32,000 bases of DNA from Candidatus Nanosynbacter lyticus. GTDB lineage: Bacteria; Patescibacteriota; Saccharimonadia; Saccharimonadales; Saccharimonadaceae. The stretch spans positions 270,001 to 302,000 of the forward strand of contig NZ_CP124549.1 in NCBI RefSeq assembly GCF_030253515.1, in the 5' to 3' direction. Made by a program: the position numbers and the translations under genes. How positions within the stretch are numbered: the first letter of the stretch is position 1; each line of letters starts with the position of its first letter. Under the pieces are notes generated by a model. That model saw only the letters and a program-made list of their open reading frames with translations. It did no database searches and was not told the DNA's origin. This document shows positions 7,681-15,492 of the stretch, in pieces.

Positions 7681-8664
7681 ATGACGCAGACAATTGAGCA
7701 CGATACCTTAGTCAAATTAAGTCAAGAGCGCCCGTTGGTGTTTCGAGCGCAGGCAGCTACTGTCTTGGCACGCGTACCGCGACGATTTCGACGAGACGCG
7801 CGGGTGCTGAATCATAGCAAGCGCACAATGCACGACATGTTGACGGCGTGGCGGGACGAATGTTTGCCGAGGTTAGAGACGATCACCTCGGCGCATAATG
7901 CGACAATGTTGCAACAAGCCTTGCGGGAGGATTTGCTAGCCGAGACGTCGTCGCAGCAACAGCTGATTGCCATGATGATACCGGTGCGGCTCGAGGAGGA
8001 GCGACTGGCCTTTGCGGGGTCGCAGTTTACGTCAAGGCGAGAAAAAAAGCCGTATCGACGAACGCTGGCGTTTGCCCAGCAGCCAATTGATGTCTGTCGG
8101 CAGCAGGTTGAAGATTTTATGAGGTATGAACTGTACCGGGCGGTGCTCGGTGAGGTTGGTGTGACTGTGGTGGATAAGCAGGCCCGGGGGCTGGTGCGAT
8201 GCTGGCAGCGGCTGCGGGCTGGTCGTCAGGTTAAGAAACTGCGGCGCGAGGTAACCAGGCGCTTAGCGGCAATTGAGCGAGAAATGGTGGCGATTGAGCA
8301 GGAGCGCGGCGGCTTGGCGGCCCGGCTGTTCGGGCTGAATATTGATTATGTGACGGTACTAGCAGCGCGACAGGAGTATGAAAAGGCGCTGGGTCGGCTG
8401 AGTAAAAAAGCGGCCGAGAGCCCAGCCAAGCGGCTGGCGCTATATGAGAAAAAGACCGAAGCGATTCGCGAGGAGTATCTCGATACGGTACCGGGCGTGG
8501 CGAATTTGTCAGAGGCGCAGCGGGCGGTCAAGGAAATTGATTCGGTGCTGCTGGCGATTTTTGACCTAGACGCGACAGCACGCAACGAACTGATGAGTGC
8601 GTTCAAGCGCTACCGGATGCTGACGCGTGAGCGGGATGTGCTACGGGCGAAGCTTGAGGTGTAG
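7681..8664 (+). CDS. hypothetical Arg/Glu/Ala-rich protein, probably coiled-coil (327 aa)
   Basis: Long ORF with its own promoter. Composition and heptad-like stretches such as RRLAAIEREMVAIEQERGGLAARL suggest a coiled coil. No catalytic motif was recognised. Confidence 0.6.
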   Translation: MTQTIEHDTLVKLSQERPLVFRAQAATVLARVPRRFRRDARVLNHSKRTMHDMLTAWRDECLPRLETITSAHNATMLQQALREDLLAETSSQQQLIAMMIPVRLEEERLAFAGSQFTSRREKKPYRRTLAFAQQPIDVCRQQVEDFMRYELYRAVLGEVGVTVVDKQARGLVRCWQRLRAGRQVKKLRREVTRRLAAIEREMVAIEQERGGLAARLFGLNIDYVTVLAARQEYEKALGRLSKKAAESPAKRLALYEKKTEAIREEYLDTVPGVANLSEAQRAVKEIDSVLLAIFDLDATARNELMSAFKRYRMLTRERDVLRAKLEV

Positions 8665-8729
8665 TTTGTAGGAGAGATATCGGGCCCCGTGTGGTTCGTT
8701 GGAATTGAGATAGCTGCTGCCGCGGCTAA

Positions 8730-9179
8730 TTAGGCTTGGCTCGTCGTTTCGGTTGAGCCAGGCTGCGTATCGCCAGCTGCCATGCAGGTCTGGCACACTC
8801 CTTCAAGTTCAAAGTGGTGGCGCTCGACACGGAAGTGATGGCGCTGGCCGATCAAGGCAATGAGTCGCTCTAGCTCTGGTGTCTCCAGCGGTTCGGCATT
8901 ATGACAGCGGGTGCAGTAGAGGTGGTGGTGATGTGTGATGAATGGCTCGGCGAGCTCATAACGGACTTTCCAACCGATGTGGATGGTGTTAATGACGTGG
9001 AGCTCGTGAAAGGTTTCGAGAATGCGATAGATGCTGGTGCGGTTAGTGTTCGGGCAGCGCTTGGCGATTTCGGCGATGGTCAGTGGCACGTCGATGGATT
9101 CGAGTGCCGTAAAGACTTCGCAGCGTGATTTGGTCAGACGAAGGTCGGCCCGGCGAAAGATGTCGTGTAAGGTATCCAT
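8730..9179 (-). CDS. Fur-family metal-responsive transcriptional regulator (Zur/Fur/Nur type unresolved)
   Basis: N-terminal winged helix LRLTKSRCEVFTALESIDVPLTIAEIAKRCPNTNRTSIYRILETF. A His cluster and two Cys pairs are present: HHHHLYCTRCHN...GVCQTCMAAG. The genomic context is metal-uptake genes. Confidence 0.85.
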   Translation of the reverse strand: MDTLHDIFRRADLRLTKSRCEVFTALESIDVPLTIAEIAKRCPNTNRTSIYRILETFHELHVINTIHIGWKVRYELAEPFITHHHHLYCTRCHNAEPLETPELERLIALIGQRHHFRVERHHFELEGVCQTCMAAGDTQPGSTETTSQA

Positions 9180-9246
9180 GTCGCAATTGTATCACTTATT
9201 GCGACAAAATTGCAATAAGCTACACAATGCGCCATACTGATGAGCT
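9179..9246. promoter_or_regulatory. divergent fur/NAS promoter region carrying motif copy S1 and an extra half-site (probable operator)
   Basis: Plus strand: TTGCAA(9209..9214)-17-CATACT(9233..9238), then 8 nt to ATG 9247. Minus strand: TTGCAA-18-TACAAT (reverse complement of 9186..9191), then 6 nt to ATG 9179. The palindrome CTTATTGC-N9-GCAATAAG (9195..9219) and the half-site TGTCGCAAT (9179..9187) overlap both promoters. Confidence 0.6.
9199..9218 (+). repeat. 20-bp motif copy S1 (TTGCGACAAAATTGCAATAA; 16/20 to the window consensus)
   Basis: Read directly from the sequence. It lies in the fur/NAS intergenic region. Confidence 0.8.
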
Positions 9247-10014
9247 ATGAATGAATGTATTGAACGAGTGCTGAGCTTGCCGCAGCTCACACCTTCTGAG
9301 GAAGTTAATGCGGCATTTACCGAATTAGTTGAGAAAGTGGTGGCGCATGGTAAAGAGCCGCTACTATGCGACGAGGATATTCGCCGTCAGGTGCAGCGGC
9401 GCTGCGCGGTAGCCGAGGGAGAGCTGGAACAGTACTGGTCAAGGCGTATCACAGGGGCGGATAACCCGTGGGCGGAGTTAGGAGCGTTTCCGTATCATGA
9501 AAATTATGAGGAGTTGACGCGGCGTGAGATTGGGCTACTGGGACGGACTGGGCTCCAGTTATGTAGCTCCTCGGAGGTAGCGATGATCGGTAGCGGGCCG
9601 TTGCCACTAACGGGCTGGTGGCTGCATCAATCAACGGGAGCGCGGATTACGCATGTTGATGCGTCGGACAAGGCGATTGAGTTATCACGCGGCCTTGCGG
9701 CGGCGCTTGATTGGCCGGGTGAATTTGTGACCGGTCTGGGTCAGTCGGTGGTGTTGGATGAGGGGTGGTACGATGCGATATATGTAGCGGGGCTGGCTGG
9801 CGAAACGCTGGCGGAAAAGCAAGCAATTGTTGATCATGTACGACCAGCGCTTAAACCAGATGGGCGACTGCTCGCGCGCGGGGCGTATGGGGCACGTACC
9901 CTGCTCTATCCAGGGTTTGATGCTCACGCTCTCGAGGGTGTGCGGCTGATGGAGGAATATCATCCGACAGATAACATCATTAATTCAGTCTTTGTGTATG
10001 AAGCTGCACAGTAA
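9247..10014 (+). CDS. nicotianamine synthase-like (NAS/CntL-family) SAM-dependent aminobutyryl transferase
   Basis: Motifs line up with plant and archaeal NAS: FPYHENYEELTRREIGLL (FPYxxNY), MIGSGPLPLTG (IGSGPLP), AIYVAGLAG...EKQAIVDHVRPALKPDGRLLAR, GAYGARTLLYP (GARxxLYP) and HPTDNIINSVFVYE (HPxxxViNS). Confidence 0.8.
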   Translation: MNECIERVLSLPQLTPSEEVNAAFTELVEKVVAHGKEPLLCDEDIRRQVQRRCAVAEGELEQYWSRRITGADNPWAELGAFPYHENYEELTRREIGLLGRTGLQLCSSSEVAMIGSGPLPLTGWWLHQSTGARITHVDASDKAIELSRGLAAALDWPGEFVTGLGQSVVLDEGWYDAIYVAGLAGETLAEKQAIVDHVRPALKPDGRLLARGAYGARTLLYPGFDAHALEGVRLMEEYHPTDNIINSVFVYEAAQ

Positions 10015-10030
10015 AATAACTTAGCACTAA

Positions 10031-10050
10031 TTGAGACATTGTCGCAATAA
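10031..10050 (+). repeat. 20-bp motif copy S2 (TTGAGACATTGTCGCAATAA; 19/20)
   Basis: It lies between the convergent stops of the NAS-like gene (10014) and the TIGR03943-like gene (10061). Confidence 0.8.
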
Positions 10051-10060
10051 TGATACATAG

Positions 10061-10834
10061 CTACACACCGAGGAATTCATATGGGTTGGCTGGTTCGGTG
10101 GTTGGGGTGATGGTGGGATTGGTGAGGACGTAGACGGCTTTGCCGCCGGATAGTTCACGCTTGATCTGGCCGCGCACCTGTAGCCATTGGTTGTCGCGGT
10201 AGCGCTCGGCGTCTGGGGATTTAACGAGAATGCTGATCGGGGTACTGTCGACGGCGCAGCAGCTAATGACGAAGCGCGAGAGCTCGAAGTAGCGGTTGTC
10301 GTAAAAGCCGCCTGGGTCGCGCGCCACAAAGCCGGTGACGTCAATGGTTACACCGTCAAAAAAGCTATCGTTTGGACAGTCGTCAAACGCGCTGCGCCAG
10401 CGGTTCATGGAAACGGGCTTGCCGTCAAGTGGCTCTGGCTTATCACAGCGGCCGGTGGTGCTGGTCGGCCCAGACGTGGCACGATTGGCGGCACTGGACG
10501 AGGACAGTGGGCGCGGCGGCAGGACGATGGCCAAGGTGAGGATGCCGGCGGTGATGATTGAAAGTAGAGAGATTTTACACCGTGGCTTTGCTGGACGCTC
10601 CATGGTTGCCGCGCCAGCGGAGGCGCGTCGCTTCCCTGCTAGGTTATGGCGCAGCTGTAGAACAATATCGATAAGGAGTAACATGCCACCAGCCACGGTC
10701 GCCACGACGGCGAGCAAATGGTAGCGCGGATGAATGTAAAAGCCGAGCTGGCCGCGGACGGCGATGAGGATGATGTAGCCACAGGCGAGTAGCCCGCCGC
10801 CAGCGCGCAGTAGTGGGCCGAGTTTAGCGCGCAT
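10061..10834 (-). CDS. TIGR03943/DUF1980-family putative permease subunit
   Basis: Two N-terminal transmembrane helices, a Cys-containing linker and a C-terminal domain with the family-typical SCCAVD motif (RFVISCCAVDSTPISILV). It overlaps the upstream COG0701 permease gene by 11 nt, which suggests translational coupling. Confidence 0.7.
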   Translation of the reverse strand: MRAKLGPLLRAGGGLLACGYIILIAVRGQLGFYIHPRYHLLAVVATVAGGMLLLIDIVLQLRHNLAGKRRASAGAATMERPAKPRCKISLLSIITAGILTLAIVLPPRPLSSSSAANRATSGPTSTTGRCDKPEPLDGKPVSMNRWRSAFDDCPNDSFFDGVTIDVTGFVARDPGGFYDNRYFELSRFVISCCAVDSTPISILVKSPDAERYRDNQWLQVRGQIKRELSGGKAVYVLTNPTITPTTEPANPYEFLGV

Positions 10835-11867
10835 AGAGATTGACTCCGATCCCTGCCGCGAGCGACAGACTGAAAATAATGAGCATAACCAGCAGGATAA
10901 ATCGCGGACGGAAGGTGCTTCTCATGAGGAGAATCAGTTTGATGTCGATCATCGGGCCAGTCAGCAGAAAAGCGAGGACGGAGCCATTGGTGAAGATACG
11001 GGCGTAAGCCAGCGCGAAAAACGCATCGACGCTGGAGCAGATGGAGACGACGAAGCCGAGACCGATCATGGCGATGACCGACAGGATGATGTCGCCGCCG
11101 ACGGTGTTGATGATGGAGCGCGGAACGAAGACTTGGGTGGCGGCAGCGATCATGGCGCCAAGGACCAGCATGGTGGTGAGCTGCCAGAATTCGTTGCGAG
11201 AATCAGCGAGAATGTGGCGAAAAGTTGTTGGATGACGGTCGGTGCAAGAGGCAGCAAATGACGGCTGGAGGACGTGCCTCGGGTGAATAAAGCTGACGAT
11301 CAGAGCGGTCAGCTGGACGATTAGAAAGCCAAAGCCGATGCGCCACCAGACCATGCGCGGCTCGAAACTAAAGGCGGTCATGGTGGCGATGATGGTGATC
11401 GGATTGAGGATCGGCGCGGCCAAGAGAAAGCTGATGACGTCGGCGGGCTTGAGGCCGTGCGCTAGGAGGCTGCGGGCGACTGGCACATTGCCGCATTCAC
11501 AGACTGGCAGTGCGATGCCGATGAGCGAGAGGAGGAAGCGGCGGATGAGCACGTGTTTGGGGAGGATTTTAAGTAGTCGGTCTGGTGGTAGGAAACGGCG
11601 AATGAGGGCAGAAACGATGATACCGATGATCAGAAATGGCGTGGCTTCAACAATGACGCTGCAGGTTAGCGTCAGGAAATCCTGTGCCAGCGGTGCTAGT
11701 GTCCCGGCCCATGTCTGCGGCGGATGAGCGACCAGCCAGAGGTCAATTTGTAAACCGTACTGCATGACGACAATCCCAAACAGGCCGACGATACTCCATC
11801 GGATCGCGTCGCTATGGTTTTTGAACCAGGCGCCAGCGCGCTGATATATTGTCTGTAGTGACGACAT
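10824..11867 (-). CDS. COG0701/ArsP-like (DUF318) permease, partner of the TIGR03943 protein
   Basis: 347-aa polytopic membrane protein with the CECGNVPVARSL motif (CxCGxxP) typical of this permease family. TATAAT (reverse complement of 11875..11880) lies 7 nt upstream of ATG 11867. Confidence 0.7.
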   Translation of the reverse strand: MSSLQTIYQRAGAWFKNHSDAIRWSIVGLFGIVVMQYGLQIDLWLVAHPPQTWAGTLAPLAQDFLTLTCSVIVEATPFLIIGIIVSALIRRFLPPDRLLKILPKHVLIRRFLLSLIGIALPVCECGNVPVARSLLAHGLKPADVISFLLAAPILNPITIIATMTAFSFEPRMVWWRIGFGFLIVQLTALIVSFIHPRHVLQPSFAASCTDRHPTTFRHILADSRNEFWQLTTMLVLGAMIAAATQVFVPRSIINTVGGDIILSVIAMIGLGFVVSICSSVDAFFALAYARIFTNGSVLAFLLTGPMIDIKLILLMRSTFRPRFILLVMLIIFSLSLAAGIGVNLYAR

Positions 11868-11916
11868 GATCTCTATTATACTACTCCCCGCCCAGCGTGG
11901 TATACTGAAACTTAGT

Positions 11917-13038
11917 ATGAAACATTGGCTACATTCACATCACCCATTTCGGATTTTTTGGTTTTCGGCGCTATTAACACTGGCGTTGGGCGGGCTGATT
12001 TTCGGACATTTGGGTGCGAGCGGCTTGTGGTTATTCGCGATTTTGGTGGTGCTGGAAGTGACATTTAGCTTTGATAACGCGGTGATTAACAGTAAGGTGC
12101 TGGCTGGCATGAGCCAGGTTTGGCAGAAAGTGTTTTTGACAGTTGGAATTTTCGTGGCGGTGTTCATGGTGCGGTTCGTGCTGCCGATTATCATCGTGAT
12201 GGTGGCGAGTGGCCATGGCTTCATGGAAGTGGTTGATTTGGCGCTGCACAGGCCGGCGGAATACGGTCATATCTTGCACGAGGCCTCGCCGATGATCGAT
12301 GCCTTTGGCGGCGCGTTTCTGATTATGATTGGCCTCAGTTATTTCATCGATTATAACAAGCGCGTGCACTGGATGCGGCATGTCGAGCCGTGGCTGGCTA
12401 AGGCTGGGCGGTTTGAGAATTTCAAGGTGTGTTTGATGCTGGGTGTGGCGGCGGTGCTGTACTTTACGGTTGAGCCGCCGCATCGGGCGCTGGTGCTGAT
12501 CTCGTCGGTGCTGGGGATTATACTGCACATTGGGCTGGAACTATTTGGCTCATTCTTTCACGAGGACGACGCTAAATCAGCTAAGGTCAAGACCGGCTGG
12601 GCGGCGTTTGCCAGCCTGCTCTATCTGGAGGTGCTGGATGCCAGCTTTAGCTTCGACGGCGTCATCGGCGCCTTTGCCATCACTAGCAGCGTGCTGCTGA
12701 TCGTGGCAGGCCTGGGTGCTGGGGCGATTTGGGTGCGGTCGCTGACGGTGTATTTGCTGCGGACGGGTGTGCTCGGCAAATATAAATATCTGGAAAATGG
12801 CGCGCACTGGGCGATCATGGCGCTGGGTATGATGATGATCGCCAAGCTGTTTCATCTGGAGCTGCCGGAGTGGGCGACGGGCGGTTTGGGGCTGTTGTTT
12901 GTAAGTTTGGCGGTTGGCAGCAGTATGCTGGAGGCGCGAGCGATTAATTTACAAGAGGCGGCCGCGGCGAAATTGCACCGTGCTGAGCGGCGGTTGAAAC
13001 GCGGCGCGGCGAAAATTGTGCCGCGGAAGCGACGGTAG
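11917..13038 (+). CDS. TerC/DUF475-like integral membrane protein
   Basis: Duplicated membrane motifs LEVTFSFDNAVINSKVL and LEVLDASFSFDGVIGAFAIT in a polytopic protein with a basic C-terminal tail. The start was taken at ATG 11917 (MKHWLH), with TATACT at 11901..11906 upstream. The ORF-track start at 11866 would overlap the divergent gene. Confidence 0.6.
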   Translation: MKHWLHSHHPFRIFWFSALLTLALGGLIFGHLGASGLWLFAILVVLEVTFSFDNAVINSKVLAGMSQVWQKVFLTVGIFVAVFMVRFVLPIIIVMVASGHGFMEVVDLALHRPAEYGHILHEASPMIDAFGGAFLIMIGLSYFIDYNKRVHWMRHVEPWLAKAGRFENFKVCLMLGVAAVLYFTVEPPHRALVLISSVLGIILHIGLELFGSFFHEDDAKSAKVKTGWAAFASLLYLEVLDASFSFDGVIGAFAITSSVLLIVAGLGAGAIWVRSLTVYLLRTGVLGKYKYLENGAHWAIMALGMMMIAKLFHLELPEWATGGLGLLFVSLAVGSSMLEARAINLQEAAAAKLHRAERRLKRGAAKIVPRKRR

Positions 13039-13083
13039 TTGTTGGTACTTTGGGTTTTTCGTTTCGGGCGTGAGCGTTTGCTG

Positions 13084-13103
13084 TTGCGACATTGTTGCAA
13101 TAA
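13084..13103 (+). repeat. 20-bp motif copy S3 (TTGCGACATTGTTGCAATAA; 19/20)
   Basis: It lies between the convergent stops of the TerC-like gene (13038) and pth (13157). Confidence 0.8.
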
Positions 13104-13156
13104 GAATTTATTTGGTTTAATCTCGCAGGCGTAGTGGCGTAGCGATGTGCCGGGGA

Positions 13157-13717
13157 CTAGAGCTTGACGCTGAGCGGTTCGATCGTATCGTCAAGAAATG
13201 TGCTGATCAGCTTGATCGCTTCGGGGATTGTCCAGTCGCGGAGGATTTTGTGTTCATCGTTGTTAAATTTACTAAGGACGAAATCAACATCGCCAATTTG
13301 CCGCCGCAGTAAATTGTCGGTGCCGATACGAATATGCCAGAAATCAGCGCCGATGTGAGTATGTAGCGATTTTAAGCCGTTGCTACCAGCGTCGCGGCCG
13401 CCTTTTCGGACACGGATTTTACCAAAATCAAGGTCAGTGTCATCGTGAATAATTAGTAAATCATCCAGTGCCAGTTTATAAAAATCTAAGATCGCTCGCG
13501 CGGCAATGCCGACTTCGTTATAGTATGTCGTTGGTTTGACGAGGAGGATTTTTGCTCCAGACATGTTTAATTCGGTAATATCCGCCGAGAATTTTGGCTT
13601 ATTGCTAAAATGTGCACTCTGCCCTGCCGCCAACTGGTCAATCACTAAAAAGCCAGCATTATGTCGCGTGTAAGCATACTTTTCGCCAGGATTACCAAGG
13701 GCCAGAATGACTTTCAT
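13157..13717 (-). CDS. pth: peptidyl-tRNA hydrolase
   Basis: MKVILALGNPGEKYAYTRHNAGFLVIDQLA is the GLGNPGxxYxxTRHNxGF signature. The 186-aa length is typical. Confidence 0.9.
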   Translation of the reverse strand: MKVILALGNPGEKYAYTRHNAGFLVIDQLAAGQSAHFSNKPKFSADITELNMSGAKILLVKPTTYYNEVGIAARAILDFYKLALDDLLIIHDDTDLDFGKIRVRKGGRDAGSNGLKSLHTHIGADFWHIRIGTDNLLRRQIGDVDFVLSKFNNDEHKILRDWTIPEAIKLISTFLDDTIEPLSVKL

Positions 13718-13761
13718 AGCCTTAGTATATCACCTCGGCCAGGATGACGTATAATAGATGT

Positions 13762-14730
13762 ATGGCGAAACGCGATGACGATTTGGAATTTAGTGTTAAT
13801 GCGGCGTTTGACGAAGAGCGGGCGGTCGTTGACAAGGTGCCGCTTTATTTGGTGAATGGCTCGCTGGGTGCCGGCAAGACTAGCGTGCTGGAATTCTTAT
13901 TGCAACAAAGTGACTATAAGGGCGCGCGAGTGATTGAAAATGAATATGCCAATGAAAATGTCGACGGCTATCGGCTGGAGGGATTGGCGGAGATGGTGAC
14001 GACGCTGGCTGGTGACTGTGTCTGCTGCTCGTCGAAGCATGCGCTGACGCGGATGCTGCTGGACTTTTGTCGTAATTCTCCGGCGCCAGTGTTTATCGAG
14101 GCGGCGGGTGTGGCGCGAACGATGAATTTGGTTGAGAAACTGATAAACGCACAAATCTTCAATAAGTATGAACTGATGCAGAGTTTTTACGTGATTGATG
14201 CGCACGAGATTTTGCGCGGGATTGAGCCGGCGCACGAAATTGAACTGCAAGCCGCAGACGTGATTTTGGTGACCAAGGAAGATTTGCTGAATGATAGAGA
14301 GCGAGATGAATACGAAGCAAAACGCCGCGCCCTGCCCTACGCCAAGGTTTTAAGCGCGCCGCACGGTCAGTTTGACCTCAGCAAAATCATCACGCCGTCG
14401 GGACTGCTGGCGTTTTTTGATACGTACGACGGCGAGCTGGCGGTGCCGGATAATCCGACGTACGCCGTGCTGGATGTGTCGGGTATGAATATCTCTGCAA
14501 TGGCGCTAGAAAACATGTGGCCGGAGTTGTTCAGGGCGTATGGCCTACGGCGGATGAAGGGGTGCTTTATCAGTGACAGCGGCGTGCGTCAGCATGTGGA
14601 GGCGACCGAGCAGCAGATTCAGTTAACTAGTGCCAGGCCCGAGGAAGCGGCGAAGATCGTGCTCATCGGCGAGCGAGCAGATGAAATCACGCGCGATATC
14701 TTGCAGATGCAGCTGATGATGTTTGAATAA
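13762..14730 (+). CDS. COG0523-family (CobW/ZigA/YeiR-like) metallochaperone GTPase
   Basis: Walker A GSLGAGKTS and the metal-binding CxCC motif GDCVCCSSK; a C-terminal CobW_C-like region is present. The start was taken at ATG 13762 (MAKRDD), with TATAAT at 13750..13755 six nt upstream. The ORF track starts at 13744. Confidence 0.8.
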   Translation: MAKRDDDLEFSVNAAFDEERAVVDKVPLYLVNGSLGAGKTSVLEFLLQQSDYKGARVIENEYANENVDGYRLEGLAEMVTTLAGDCVCCSSKHALTRMLLDFCRNSPAPVFIEAAGVARTMNLVEKLINAQIFNKYELMQSFYVIDAHEILRGIEPAHEIELQAADVILVTKEDLLNDRERDEYEAKRRALPYAKVLSAPHGQFDLSKIITPSGLLAFFDTYDGELAVPDNPTYAVLDVSGMNISAMALENMWPELFRAYGLRRMKGCFISDSGVRQHVEATEQQIQLTSARPEEAAKIVLIGERADEITRDILQMQLMMFE

Positions 14731-14747
14731 ATCATTCCAATGAAAAT

Positions 14748-14855
14748 AGCCCACCGAACGAGCTCAAGCTGCATGCGGGTTTATTCAACCCGAGAGATAG
14801 AAAAATCCTACCTCAATCAGATTGAGCGCATACGGCGAGCTATTTTCGGTGGGCT
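14748..14855. other. long imperfect hairpin or structured intergenic element
   Basis: AGCCCACCGAA (14748..14758) pairs with TTCGGTGGGCT (14845..14855), extended by AGCTC (14761..14765) with GAGCT (14837..14841). Two inner hairpins are present: CGGGTTtattcAACCCG and CTCAATcagATTGAG. It lies between the convergent ends of the COG0523 gene and the 95-aa gene. Confidence 0.45.
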
Positions 14856-14856
14856 G

Positions 14857-15144
14857 TTAGCCCTCTTGTGCTTCTGGAAGCATCTTGATGAGCTTCTCCG
14901 TTGTGGCCTCTGCACAGTTGGATACTGCTACGTCCATCTGTGCAAAAATATCTTCTGCGATTTCTCCTCCTGCCGCGATCGCGACAGTAAGTAGCTGTGT
15001 GAAGCGCTGCAGTTGGCGCCCCATCTCCTGTTTAACGAGCTCTTGGTCCTCTGGGTTAAGGGCCAAGAGCTTTTCTTGAACCGTCAACTGAGGCTCAAAT
15101 CTAACCCTCCCAATTTCGGGCGATGCGATCTCGATAGTCAACAT
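14857..15144 (-). CDS. hypothetical small protein (95 aa)
   Basis: ORF MLTIEIASPEIGRVRFEPQL... preceded by AAAGGAAAG about 6 nt upstream and by a promoter plus leader hairpin. An alternative 84-aa plus-strand ORF overlaps it. Confidence 0.5.
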   Translation of the reverse strand: MLTIEIASPEIGRVRFEPQLTVQEKLLALNPEDQELVKQEMGRQLQRFTQLLTVAIAAGGEIAEDIFAQMDVAVSNCAEATTEKLIKMLPEAQEG

Positions 15145-15157
15145 GACGCTTTCCTTT

Positions 15158-15212
15158 CAACAAAAAGCTCAAAGCTAAAGGGCGACTTCCGCCCTAAGAC
15201 AAAACTTTGAGC
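15158..15212 (-). terminator. terminator-like hairpin in the leader of the 95-aa gene (attenuator, or the 3' end of a very small RNA)
   Basis: The minus strand reads GCTCAAAGttttgtcttAGGGCGgaagtCGCCCTttagCTTTGAGCTTTTTGTTG, giving outer and inner stems followed by a T-run. It ends about 13 nt before the ATG at 15144. Confidence 0.6.
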
Positions 15213-15223
15213 AAAAGCTGATA

Positions 15224-15252
15224 TATATATCACTAATAGAATAAAATGTCAA
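15224..15252 (-). promoter_or_regulatory. promoter TTGACA-17-TATATA (minus strand)
   Basis: The -35 is the reverse complement of 15247..15252 and the -10 is the reverse complement of 15224..15229. Confidence 0.6.
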
Positions 15253-15270
15253 TGGATTTTGTCAAAAATG

Positions 15271-15279
15271 TGATATAAT
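15271..15279 (+). promoter_or_regulatory. extended -10 promoter TGaTATAAT (plus strand), back to back with the minus-strand promoter
   Basis: TGATATAAT lies at 15271..15279. The downstream plus-strand sequence runs about 160 nt to the hairpin at 15409..15447. Confidence 0.45.
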
Positions 15280-15408
15280 ATCTTCTCTCACCCCTGTTAT
15301 GATCATAGACAACTTTTTTATAGAAAATAGTAGCCGGTGTTTTCTGATAACAGTAACTTGGTGCAGCATGATAAGAACGGATCGGAATGTGGGTATTTCA
15401 AGAACATC

Positions 15409-15447
15409 AAAACGCCGATAAGTACATAAGTACGTCGGCGTTTTGTT
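15409..15447. terminator. bidirectional intrinsic terminator
   Basis: AAAACGCCGA...TCGGCGTTTT stem (15409..15418 with 15435..15444), with an A-run upstream and a T-run downstream. It serves the minus-strand gene ending at 15493 and any plus-strand transcript from 15280. Confidence 0.7.
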
Positions 15448-15492
15448 AGGATTCTCATAGCCTAGAGACACTTGATATCAAGCGTGTAATTG

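Noticed and set aside
10021-10029. TTAGCACTA resembles the left half of the HrcA CIRCE operator (TTAGCACTC-N9-GAGTGCTAA)
   Set aside because: No right half-site follows, and the location between convergent gene ends is not a chaperone promoter.
14740-14994. An 84-aa plus-strand ORF (MKIAHRTSSSCMRVY...)
   Set aside because: It runs through the structured intergenic element and is Cys-rich and odd in composition. The opposing 95-aa ORF has a promoter, a leader and a Shine-Dalgarno sequence.
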